64,000 bases of DNA, taken from the NCBI RefSeq assembly GCF_000315625.1, contig NW_005434668.1, positions 400,219-464,218 on the forward strand, read 5' to 3'. The notes beneath the pieces are model-generated. The model made no database searches. It worked only from the letters and a program-made list of their open reading frames with translations, and was not told the DNA's origin. Positions within the stretch are counted from its first letter, which is position 1. Each line of letters starts with the position of its first letter. Positions 1 through 10,477 of the stretch are shown piece after piece. The translations under genes and the position numbers were made by a program. This DNA is from Guillardia theta CCMP2712 (taxonomy: Eukaryota > Protista > Cryptophyta).

Positions 1-670
1 GTCAGGCGCTGAAGCTCAAGGTACAGGCGCTTGCAGACGAGCTATCACATCTTGCCGACGGCCAGGGAGCTGCTGTCCTTGAGCTCGAGACAACGATGGT
101 AAACTTGCACAGCTCGGCTCGCAATACTGCACTCGAAATGGAAGGAAGAATCAAGGGTGTAGAGCATGAGCTGTCGACAGAGCGATCAGAATGTCAGGCG
201 CTGAAGCTCAAGGTACAGGCGCTTGAAGACGAGCTATCACATCTTGCCGACGGCCAGGGAGCTGCTGTCCTTGAGCTCGAGACAACGATGGTAAACTTGC
301 ACAGCTCGGCTCGCAATACTGCACTCGAAATGGAAGGAAGAATCAAGGGTGTAGAGCATGAGCTGTCGACAGAGCGATCAGAATGTCAGGCGCTGAAGCT
401 CAAGGTACAGGCGCTTGCAGACGAGCTATCACATCTTGCCGACGGCCAGGGAGCTGCTGTCCTTGGGCTCGAGACAACGATGGTAAACTTGCACAGCTCG
501 GCTCGCAATACTGCACTCGAAATGGAAGGAAGAATCAAGGGTGTAGAGCATGAGCTGTCGACAGAGCGATCAGAATGTCAGGCGCTGAAGCTCAAGGTAC
601 AGGCGCTTGAAGACGAGCTATCACATCTTGCCGACGGCCAGGGAGCTGCTGTCCTTGGGCTCGAGACAAC
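1..670 (+). repeat. 192-bp coding tandem repeat, at least 3.5 near-identical copies
   Basis: GTCAGGCGCTGAAGCTCAAGGTACAGGCGCTTG recurs at 1, 193, 385 and 577. Confidence 0.97.
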
Positions 671-3600
671 GCTCACACGTGCGTGCCTTTTAGTGAATGA
701 AGCCCTGGGGAACTTGGCGGATGACAAGGAAAATCGTGAAGTGATGGGGAAGTCCTTCAAGACGCTCAGCGCTGAGATCCAAGCACGAGATGACGTCATT
801 CGGGAGCTCCAAGACAAGAACTCAAGTCTTGACAATGAAGTAAAACGACTGCGATCCCTAGCACCCAGCAGGGAAATCGTTGAGGATCCGATTCCAATGA
901 GCAGGCCCTTGGAGACAGAGCCGAGCAAGAAGATCGAACAGATGATTCTTCAGATTCACTGGATGCTACAAAATGAGGAAGACACTGATTATTATCAAGG
1001 ATTCCAGGACATGGATACTGTAGAAATTCTCGGAAATATCCTCCATTGGCTTGAAATGACTTTTTTGGGAAAGAGACAAGATATAAGACTGGGGAGTGAG
1101 TTTGGCAGTGAGGTGAATGTTGCTCTTTGCAAGATTGAGCTACAGCTCTATAACATCGAACAAAGTCTTCACCTAAATCGAGATCAACTAGAATCGATGT
1201 TGCTCTATTGGACTCAACGACTTCACTTTGCCAAGTCTTCAAGTGACAAGAAGTACAACCTCTCTTGTTTGTTGACTGACTGCTTTGTCAACATGGCAAC
1301 CATTTCGAAAGGAAATCATGTTGATGAGCAGTATGCTTCTCAGGAATTTACCACCGCAAGCAATGTTTTGTCCACATCCATTGATTTACTAGAATCATCC
1401 TTGCAGAAAATCGCAGCACACTGGTACAAAGTGAACGAGCCTGCTCCTCGAAGCAAAGCAGTTGCTCTATCCATCAGCCACCATCAGAATTCGAATGAAC
1501 ATTCTCATGCTGAGGATATTGGGTATGCAATGATACAAAAGTACGAAGACTTGATCCAGTCTTGTGACAAGCGAGTGGCACAGATAGACAGTGTCCTGGC
1601 GCCCTGCCTAGAGATTCTTGACCGAAATGACGACAGCTTGAAGACATTTGAGTTGCATCTGAATCAATGCCAGCAGCTTTGCAAAACCTTAGATCAAACG
1701 ATTACCTCGACCAATTCAATTTGCACTTCAGACATTCTTGAGTTGTCAAGAGGATACAACAAGCTTGAAGTCTTGGTTTCAGGCTTGACAGATGTCATCC
1801 CAGAGATTGAGCGTGAAGTTGCAAGGGAGAGGAAGACAATAGATTCCTTTCGTCAGCAGACAGTTTACCTCCCTCAGTTGCAGAAGACCAACGAACGCCT
1901 TGAACAGGCAGTAGCTGATTATCAGATCGCCGAGGAACTGCTTGGAATGAAAATCTTCACATTGGAAAAGAAGGCAGCAGATGATAACAAGGAGATAGAA
2001 TACCTCAGAAGCATCATCTTGGAAATGAATCAACGATTGCGTATTGTAGAGGAGGAGTCGAAGCAGGCGTTGCTGAACGAAAGGTGCATCGCATCAAGGA
2101 TTCAACAAGAGATATGCGAGGGGCTGAGGGCGATGTCAAGTGAGATGAAGTCAATCTTGAAAGAGATGTTCTCACAGAAGAGTGCTTGTGGTGACTTGTT
2201 CGAGGACTATCATGTATACGTAGAAAAGTTCTTTGAGTCAGCCACCAAAATACAACTTCTTTCAGCTACTCTGGAGGAAATGAAATCGTACTACTCTGCC
2301 CTGTCGCAGAAACATCACGATTTGCAGGAAATCGCTTCTCAACGGCAGGCAATGTGTGACGGTGAGGCGCAAACGCCTTTGGAATTCTCGGACGAGGAAT
2401 TCTTTGAGAGGCTGCAAGACTTTGATGCCTCTTGTACTCGCGCTCTGACAGAGATTGAATGGAGCTTGAATGAGATGAAGTTGAAATCCACTCATCTTGA
2501 AGCTCCCGTTGAGAATGATGAGAACGATGTGTCCTACAGCCTGATCGAAACAGAGTTGATCAGCAAAGAGCGGATAATAGAGGGCATGCATGAGCAATTG
2601 CAATCTCTGCACGGCAGCTGTATGGTGCTCGCGAATGAAAGAGGAATTCTCGAAGAGAAGTTGAAACTACTGGAGGATGAGAATGAAGCGTTGCTTGGAG
2701 AAATCAAAATCTTGACCCGCGGCCAAGAGTATTTCAGACATGATCTGTCGATGTCAGCGGAAAAGCTCCAACAACGCGAACAGGAGATTCATTTGATTCA
2801 AGACTTGGAACGTGACATTGCTGTGCTGCAAGACATGGTAGAGGGATCAGTGAGCCGGATCGATTCAGACGTTGACATGGCCTTGCGACTAGTACGAGCG
2901 AATGCTCGAGAGCAGAATGGTTTGATACAATCCTGCACATCCAAACTGGAGAACGTGAAAGACAGAATGAGGTGGAGCGAGAAGGAGCTACACGCTCAGC
3001 ACGAGCAAGTTCGATGCTTCATCCATGAATTGTTGGACGTAATGGAGACAGTCTCTGACGTTTGCCATGAAAGCGAAACTTACTTGGTTACACTCGAACA
3101 GTTGAAGAACTCCCGCTCGCAGGCATCGAACTTAGCGGAAACTGTTTCACTGCTTCAATCAGATGCGTTAGCAAAAGAAAAATACATCAACCATCTTGAG
3201 CAACAGATCCAGATCTTGCATCAATCTGTGATTGATCAGAAGGTGGATACTGACGTTGCACACCAGCATTTCGAATCAAAGCAGACCGAGATCGAAGTCT
3301 TGCGCGATGATTGCCGACAGCAACGTGAAACCGTGATTCAGCTGCGGCTGGAGAAGGAGGCTGCCATTGCCATGCTGCTCGAGACGCATAGCGCGATCCT
3401 CGACTTCGACTTTCCTCTGAACGCCCTTGAGACCTGCATGCAGACCCTCGCGCCCTCTGCGTCTGACTGCAAACTTAACTCATGGCCACAGCAAGCAAAC
3501 GAGAGGTACCGACAGCTCGTCGCTTGTCTTGCCCAGGAGCTCGACCAAACCTCTGACGGCCTGGAGCTTGTCTTCAGACACGTTGAGAATACTTTGATGG

Positions 3601-5183
3601 AGCTTCAGCGTGAACAGTCAAGATCTTTGACGCTCTCTGAATGTGTTCGAGAGCTGGAGGCTGCCTTGCAGGAGAAAGGCGATGTGATTGATATGCAGGC
3701 TAAGGAGATTGACAAGTTGAACAGTAAGAATGAGATGATCCTCAAAGAAATTGCGGGCTTGAGATCACAGCTTCAAGACAATGACAACAATTACAACCAG
3801 AACTTTGCGAATATGAAGACCCAGATTTACAAGTATGAAGCCATGCATTTGGACGACGTTCAAAAGCTGAATCATAGTATTGAAAGGATCAACATCCTAC
3901 AAGAGAAGTTGGCATTTGTAAGCAGAGAATCTGAGAGCAAGGCTACGAATGTCAGGAACATGGACTCTGTGCTTGCCTCCAAGGCGAGGTCCTTCCTCGA
4001 TCAGCTTCAAGTGCTTGAACGAACATTGATCAAGGCACAAGGAAGTGTCAAGGTCATGGTTGACTCTGAGCTGCAGTCGGGCATCGTGCTGGAGGCTCTC
4101 TGCAAGGCATCATCGGATGTCGATCATGTCACAACGTCATGCCAAGAGCGCGTGGAGGAGATGCTGGTGATATGCCTCCATGACCCGCAAAGCTTCTACG
4201 ACTCAATGGATGAAATCCTCGTGCGGCTTGACGGCTGCCTGTCCAAGGCAGTTGCTGAGGCTCACGCGAGGAGCTCGACAGACCTCGCACGGGTCAAGAC
4301 CTTGGAAGCTCTACTGTCAAGCAGCGAGCAGGAGCTGCGAGATCTGCACCTGCGGCACGAGGAGGCGCGGCTGTTCATGGCCAACGTGCAGCAAGATGTC
4401 CGGGAGGCGGAGGAGAGCAGAATCAAGAAGGACCACCTGATACGGATCCTCGAGGCCGAGTTGTGCTCTCTCCAGTCCGAGCTTGAGAGCACGTGCAAGG
4501 AGCGAGACTCGCTGCTGCAGCTGAAGGAGCAGCTGCAGGGCCAGCTGACTGACAAGGATAGGGAGACCGAGGCGACAAGTGCAGCGCTGGAAGAAGAGAA
4601 GAGGGTTAGAGTCACGCTTGAGGAGTACTGTCGAGCCTTCACTCTCACTGGGGATCAGCTGACTAGGCTCGAAGGCTCCTCAGCAGCCGTCCAACAAGTA
4701 GTGGAGCAACTTCTGCAGGGAGCCTCGAGGGCCCGCGAGCAGCAGGAGGAGCTCGTCAAGGCGCGGCTCCAGCTCTCCTCCAAGACGCAGGTCGTCACCC
4801 TCATGGAGCTCGAGCTTAGTTCTCAGCTCACACGGCTCGACCAACAGCAGGAGGTCATCAGGCACCTTGAGAGTCAGGACAGGCTGCACAGAGTTCAGCT
4901 AGAGAGCAGCTGGCGCGAGGCAATGGAGGTCGGCAGGAGGCTCGAGGCGGCGGAGGAGATGCTGGTGCCTCTGCTCAAGTCTCTGCTGGACGGGATCGCT
5001 CGAACAACGTCATCATGCTCCGCTCTCCGGCTAAGGGTGAAGGAGCTGGAGTTCGAGTACAAGGAGGAGCAGGTGCTGACCTCCACCCTGCAGAGGCAGG
5101 TCGAGGCCCTTCACGACCTTGTCCTTCACCACCAGGGCCTGTCGATGATGACAGAAGGAAGCAGCATCTCCCACAAGACATGA
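1..5183 (+). CDS. Giant coiled-coil protein (>1700 aa, 5' end outside window) with N-terminal 64-aa tandem repeats
   Basis: Uninterrupted ORF 96..5183 that stays open to the window edge. L/E/Q/K-rich heptad composition. No recognisable globular domain. Confidence 0.85.
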   Translation, partial: QALKLKVQALADELSHLADGQGAAVLELETTMVNLHSSARNTALEMEGRIKGVEHELSTERSECQALKLKVQALEDELSHLADGQGAAVLELETTMVNLHSSARNTALEMEGRIKGVEHELSTERSECQALKLKVQALADELSHLADGQGAAVLGLETTMVNLHSSARNTALEMEGRIKGVEHELSTERSECQALKLKVQALEDELSHLADGQGAAVLGLETTLTRACLLVNEALGNLADDKENREVMGKSFKTLSAEIQARDDVIRELQDKNSSLDNEVKRLRSLAPSREIVEDPIPMSRPLETEPSKKIEQMILQIHWMLQNEEDTDYYQGFQDMDTVEILGNILHWLEMTFLGKRQDIRLGSEFGSEVNVALCKIELQLYNIEQSLHLNRDQLESMLLYWTQRLHFAKSSSDKKYNLSCLLTDCFVNMATISKGNHVDEQYASQEFTTASNVLSTSIDLLESSLQKIAAHWYKVNEPAPRSKAVALSISHHQNSNEHSHAEDIGYAMIQKYEDLIQSCDKRVAQIDSVLAPCLEILDRNDDSLKTFELHLNQCQQLCKTLDQTITSTNSICTSDILELSRGYNKLEVLVSGLTDVIPEIEREVARERKTIDSFRQQTVYLPQLQKTNERLEQAVADYQIAEELLGMKIFTLEKKAADDNKEIEYLRSIILEMNQRLRIVEEESKQALLNERCIASRIQQEICEGLRAMSSEMKSILKEMFSQKSACGDLFEDYHVYVEKFFESATKIQLLSATLEEMKSYYSALSQKHHDLQEIASQRQAMCDGEAQTPLEFSDEEFFERLQDFDASCTRALTEIEWSLNEMKLKSTHLEAPVENDENDVSYSLIETELISKERIIEGMHEQLQSLHGSCMVLANERGILEEKLKLLEDENEALLGEIKILTRGQEYFRHDLSMSAEKLQQREQEIHLIQDLERDIAVLQDMVEGSVSRIDSDVDMALRLVRANAREQNGLIQSCTSKLENVKDRMRWSEKELHAQHEQVRCFIHELLDVMETVSDVCHESETYLVTLEQLKNSRSQASNLAETVSLLQSDALAKEKYINHLEQQIQILHQSVIDQKVDTDVAHQHFESKQTEIEVLRDDCRQQRETVIQLRLEKEAAIAMLLETHSAILDFDFPLNALETCMQTLAPSASDCKLNSWPQQANERYRQLVACLAQELDQTSDGLELVFRHVENTLMELQREQSRSLTLSECVRELEAALQEKGDVIDMQAKEIDKLNSKNEMILKEIAGLRSQLQDNDNNYNQNFANMKTQIYKYEAMHLDDVQKLNHSIERINILQEKLAFVSRESESKATNVRNMDSVLASKARSFLDQLQVLERTLIKAQGSVKVMVDSELQSGIVLEALCKASSDVDHVTTSCQERVEEMLVICLHDPQSFYDSMDEILVRLDGCLSKAVAEAHARSSTDLARVKTLEALLSSSEQELRDLHLRHEEARLFMANVQQDVREAEESRIKKDHLIRILEAELCSLQSELESTCKERDSLLQLKEQLQGQLTDKDRETEATSAALEEEKRVRVTLEEYCRAFTLTGDQLTRLEGSSAAVQQVVEQLLQGASRAREQQEELVKARLQLSSKTQVVTLMELELSSQLTRLDQQQEVIRHLESQDRLHRVQLESSWREAMEVGRRLEAAEEMLVPLLKSLLDGIARTTSSCSALRLRVKELEFEYKEEQVLTSTLQRQVEALHDLVLHHQGLSMMTEGSSISHKT

Positions 5184-7002
5184 GACGCAGGGGGGCGGGC
5201 GCATGTCTCGACAAGTGAGCTGATCGATATCGTGTTGTACAAGGAACCAGAGAAGGAGGGAGAGAAAGGGAGGGAGAGAGGGAATAAAGAAGAGAAAAGG
5301 ATTGAGAATGGTAAAGGAAAGAGAATAGCTACAGGACTGTTATCAACCTCGCCAACAGCAGGTGGAGAACTGTAGGTAAACTGATGGAACCTTGTTGTGA
5401 AGTCAGCACAAGATGTCTCAAGAAGTCTTTCCCCTCTGACCTTGTGGATCCTGAAAGCTCTTCCATGAAGGGAAGTCAAACTGTTGATGTTATCACCCTC
5501 AGCAACTCGCGCGCTCGGCTGACCTCATGGGATCCCTTGGGCGAAGGAACTTCCTCGAAGTCCACGTCATCAAGGGACCTCAAGGCGTGTAAAGGCGAGC
5601 CCGGCTAGCAGGGAGGCAGGGCTCACCTAGTGATGTGATGGGACAGAGCCATCAACCCATCGCAGAACCCGTCTAAGGACAAGGCAGTGCTGGCCTGTTT
5701 GATGCTTGTGAAATCGACATGGCAGTCGCCGCCTTCTACCGCCGTCCGTTTGGCGATGAAGACAGTCTTGATGGCTTCCATCTTGGTGAAATTTGCGCAG
5801 GACTGAAACAGAAACAAGTGGATGAGTAGGGAGTGAGACGACGAGGACGGAGAGAAGTAACCCGTGGCAATCGGATCTTAGAGAGGAGATCTTGAAGAAT
5901 AAAGTAGTCCTGTTGCCGAAGTTCGCTCGAGTTCATGTATTTTCCTATCCTCCTCATGCATTTCCCGCCATCATCGCTGCATTCAATCGTTTGGATCACA
6001 ACAAAATCTTTTCCCCAACACTGGCAAACACTGCTTACCTGCCGCCTTTCTTCTTCCTAGATGAAGCCTTGCTGGGGAGCCCCTAGCATGAAGACATTAC
6101 CACGTGTCTGTCATGACATTGCACTGACAGAGAAGAAGTTGATCTTGGCCGTGTTGTCTTCCAGCTCTTTATGCGCCTCTGCTTGTGACATTATGACAGC
6201 TTGCGTGCAAACATCCGTGAAAACTTTCCGAGCGAGATCGAAGACCTGCGATGGTCTCAGTGTTCAAAAGCAAGGAGATCCGAGCACCTGTATGTCCAAG
6301 GCAGGCAATCCGACGCATTCATACACCAAGGAGGAGAACCATGATCGCGAGGAAACGATCTCTCCCTTTCCTTCACCCATTTGCTGATCCGATGGCGACG
6401 CAGCCTTCGGTTGATCCCCTTCGTCCGAGCTCTTGTCCTCCTTCCTAGGGAAGATGAGACCTCTCCGAAAGATGCTGTCTCTCAAAGGCTCTGCCATGTT
6501 ACAGTTGCATACTATCCCCAGACACCCTCCCAAGGCTACACTCTTGATCTCCACGTCGAGCTCAGTCGGCAACTTGAACGAGGGGTTGTGATTGATCTCA
6601 AGGATGTAGGGCTTACAGGTGTGATCCAGAAAGATGTCAAACCCGATGATCTGAAAGCAGTGGTTGTACCCGACGTTCTTGGCTGGTGACAGCAGGCCTT
6701 CTGAAGCTCTCCATAGCTCCTCGAGAAATTCATTCTGGAACTTTGACGCAATCAATCGATTAGGCACGGATTTCTTTTGTCCCCCCTTCTTGTCAGCGCA
6801 CGCTCCCGTGTAGAGATTTTCATTCACACTTGTGTTCTGAAAGCATGTTAAGTAGCTCAGAGAAATCTCCGGATGGATCGCAGTCATGGTGAGCTGAACG
6901 ATCCTCCTGATCTCTGTCCACAACCCCTCCACATCCACCCCCTTCGATCTCAGTTGTTCAAACACTTCAGATAGCAGCCGTTTGCAATCCGCCGGTTCGT
7001 CA

Positions 7003-7034
<32 letters not shown>

Positions 7035-9065
7035 GCTGTTATCAGACGCACTGTGGTCCTTGCTTTCAGCACTATCATCTGTATTCGAATCGCTCTCGTA
7101 CTCCACCGAGCTGTCTTCCTACCAACCCCTCCTGTCAGACGACCACAAGCAACACTCCGGGCTCACCTCATCCTCGGAAGAGAAGTGAAAGTTGGAGTTC
7201 AACGACGTGTTGGTCAGGTGCATGTGCAGCTGCCTTATGTTCTGAGGAGAAGGTTTCTCGTAGGGCACCATCGCCTTTCGCACCATTCCCGTGCGGCACA
7301 GGTAAGCTGTCATAGGGTTGACAGACACTAGGACCACGTACAGTCGCAGATCAAATTTGTGCCCGTCGAGCAAGTAAGGCTCCAGGTATTCCTGCGTGCA
7401 GACTTGTCGTCCTTTGATTTCCTGTTGACTCCCCGATCTCTTGGAGGGAATCTCGTTACGCTTGCCCTCCCCTTTCCCCTCTGACTTCTTCTGTTTGTCG
7501 CTGTCGTCGTCGTCATCATCGCTGGCCATGGCGCTGCGGGACATCTGCATCCAGGCAGGGATCACCTTAGGGTAGTCAGCCAGCTGTATGCCCTGCCCTT
7601 TGCTGCCGTTGTCGGGCTTTATGATGTAATATTTGGACTCTCCTGACTGGTCATACTTGATTGCGTTCTTCTTGAAGTCTGAGACTTCGGATGGAAAAGT
7701 CCAGGATTTCGGAAGAAAGTTGAAGTCTTCAGGGAACAACTCTTGCATCCGCTTCAACCTCTTCGTTAGAGTGTTCTTCCGCGCGTGATACTGCATGGTC
7801 AAGAACCGGTTCATCTTCTGTCCCTTCGCTAGCCTGCTGATGTGAAACTTGCTGACAGGCACGTCCAGGCGATCATGCCAGAAGACTGAGACCTCAGCGC
7901 TTGTTGCAGGGCGATTCACAAGCTCAACCCACGGGAGTTCTTTGCAGATTCTCCTTAAGCACGGGAGGTAGAAGAGGGAATGGGCCTTACTGACATCCAC
8001 CTTTATACTCCCAGCGGCCGTCAACGTCAGGACAGCAGGTTGATTCACATCCTGTTGCAAGCGTTATGAGGTGCTGTGTATCAGACTCGCTCGTTTGACT
8101 TACAGTCTCTGCATGCTTAGGGCTGAGTTTGACTTCTTTCTTTATTGGCCTGCCCAACGTCAGCCTCCAACCGCGAGGTTTCCAGTGAAAGACCTCGGAG
8201 GCACGTTCGCCAGTTTGCCTTCACTGCTCGACGCTCGAGAAAACCGAGACCTACCAAAATGCTTGAGAGTGCATTAAGACATGATACTGATTGGATCACC
8301 GGATCTTAGCGAAGGTGGAAACAGGAAGTTTGTTAGCAGGTTGTCTTTGCAGCGACGCTAAGGCGTCTCCCTGCCCATTGCCCTGCTCATCTTCTGTTTT
8401 CTTGGCATCTTGTTCGTGTTTTTGTAAGATCTTGTGCAACACCAACGCGTGTTTCGACGAAGTCACATGCAAGGGATGAGGAGCCGCCAAGGCCCTTCCC
8501 CTCGGATCGACAGTCCACTGCTGTGAGCCCAAGTTCAGGAAAAGACTCCGGAGGAACAAGAGCCTACCGGGACGCCAGCAGGATCGAAACCAGTGATGTC
8601 GGGGTTGGAAACCGCGTTCGGCAGCGATCCATACCTTGTCTCATGAGAAAACGACCTCCTCACGTTGCTTGGGATACCGTCGCGCGCCTGCGCGATGAAC
8701 GAAGCGATTCTTGACTCGAACTCGGGGAACTCGCGGTGAGATTGTAGTTGATGGGAATGATTCCCTCTCTGCGCCTGTGGCGAAGCATCAGAAAGACATT
8801 TTCCAAGTTTGCATATTATACACGATACCGTTTCGACTGATGTTATGTGGGGGAGATTATCTTGGTTTCTACTGTCAATCCTCAAATGTGCAGCGACTTC
8901 ATGGTTTGATGCAGGAGACGGGCGTCTTCCAACACAGAGGAACGATTGTAGGGGATGGGCGGGAGCATCTCGTTCTTTCAGCTTGACCTTGTTAGCTTGC
9001 AATGCGGGAGTTACGATGCGATGCCGCTGGTCACTACCGGACTGCGAGGATTTTGAACCCTTCAT
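5126..9065 (-). CDS. Tubulin-tyrosine ligase-like (TTLL) polyglutamylase, multi-exon
   Basis: TTL motifs YIIKPDNGSKGQGI, QEYLEPYLLDGHKFDLRLYV, HLTNTSLN, CFQIIGFDIFLD and LEINHNPSF in ORFs 7119..8060 and 6264..7106. Flanking exons join in frame through short GT-AG introns. Start and last exon are less certain. Confidence 0.9.
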
Positions 9066-10477
9066 TGTCCACTAGGGTCCTGGGATCAACGTGCCATGAT
9101 TCGTCGTTAGGACCCTCAGAAGTTCTCCAGAACCATGTCAGATCTGCAAAGTGCCTTGTACGACGATGAAAGAGATGTACTTTCAACTCCTAGACACCCG
9201 GGAGCTTACTTGGTCAACAAGTTATGAAGAGAGTGAACATGGAGCTCTCAGACTTCCATCTGTCAGTATGCATCTCGCCCTCTCCTTCCTCTTGCCCCAC
9301 CATTGTCGTGACCCCTTCGCGCGGTTTCGCTTCTGATACACCCCCGTCATTGCGATCACTCCTCCAACTGGATCCAGTACCCCTCTATCTTAACCTCTTT
9401 TTACGGACGGAGGGTAGGGTACAGATCCAGGGGGTGGGGTATGAAGCTTCATCAGACACGGTATGTACCCAGTACGCAAAGGTCATAATAGGGGGTAGAG
9501 GTATTTGAAAGTAGATCAGGACGGGTGGCAATGCCTTCAGAAGTACCCGTCAGTTATGTATGAGCGGAATAGATCTTTTGGTGATCGGTCTATTCAAAAC
9601 AGATCCATCTTTCTGACTTATTTTCCCAAACTATTTTCTTCAATTTGAATAATTAACAGTATAGTACCAAATTATGTCAAAATATCACGAAATTTGAAAG
9701 CATCGTAGAACTATTGTCAGACAGTTCTATTGATTTGTAGGGGTATAGGGGTGGTGAGAACTCTGTTGATGACCGGGTGGAATCAGAGGCATCTTTACTG
9801 ATTTGATATGGTGGGTAGTCGCAACCGAGAAGTAAACTGGCTATCAGTTCCAGTGTGACTGAACTGCTTGTCACAGTGCAGTGCCGAGTCGTCAAGTTCT
9901 CGGGCTTCGGACTCCCGGAAGGTGCCACGCCCGGCCGGACCGTCACCGACCCGGACGCCGGTGGCCGGGGGCCCGGCCCCACTCATCCGATCATAGGAGG
10001 ACAGCTCACTGCGGCGGCGGCTGGGCGACTTTGAGTCTCTACCTCAGTGAGTCACTGGCCCGGCGGGCCAGATACCGTACCGTAGTATTCACTCCAAGAA
10101 AAAAAAGACCAGTATGGTGTTACCGTACTAGCGCTGCATACTAGTCACTAGTACGGGTACGCCGTGTATGTGTTTACGAATGGTATACCCTAGTCACTAG
10201 TACCGGCGGTGTGCCAAGGCTCAGTTCCGCACCACTGAAGTTAGCGGGGCGCCGGTAAACGGCCGCCCGGCGGCCCGGGCGCCGGTCCGATCGGACGGCG
10301 TCACGCCACACGAGTCGACTCAGGCTCACTGGGCCGTGTGAGTCAAGATCGGCGGCCCGGCGCTACTGAGTAGCGGATTTCTAGGCTGCACGATCAGTTG
10401 AACTTCAATCAAAACTCGGCGGACGACAAATAGTATTGATCTAACTCATTGATTTCTGAAAGCCTCCTGGCCGGGCT

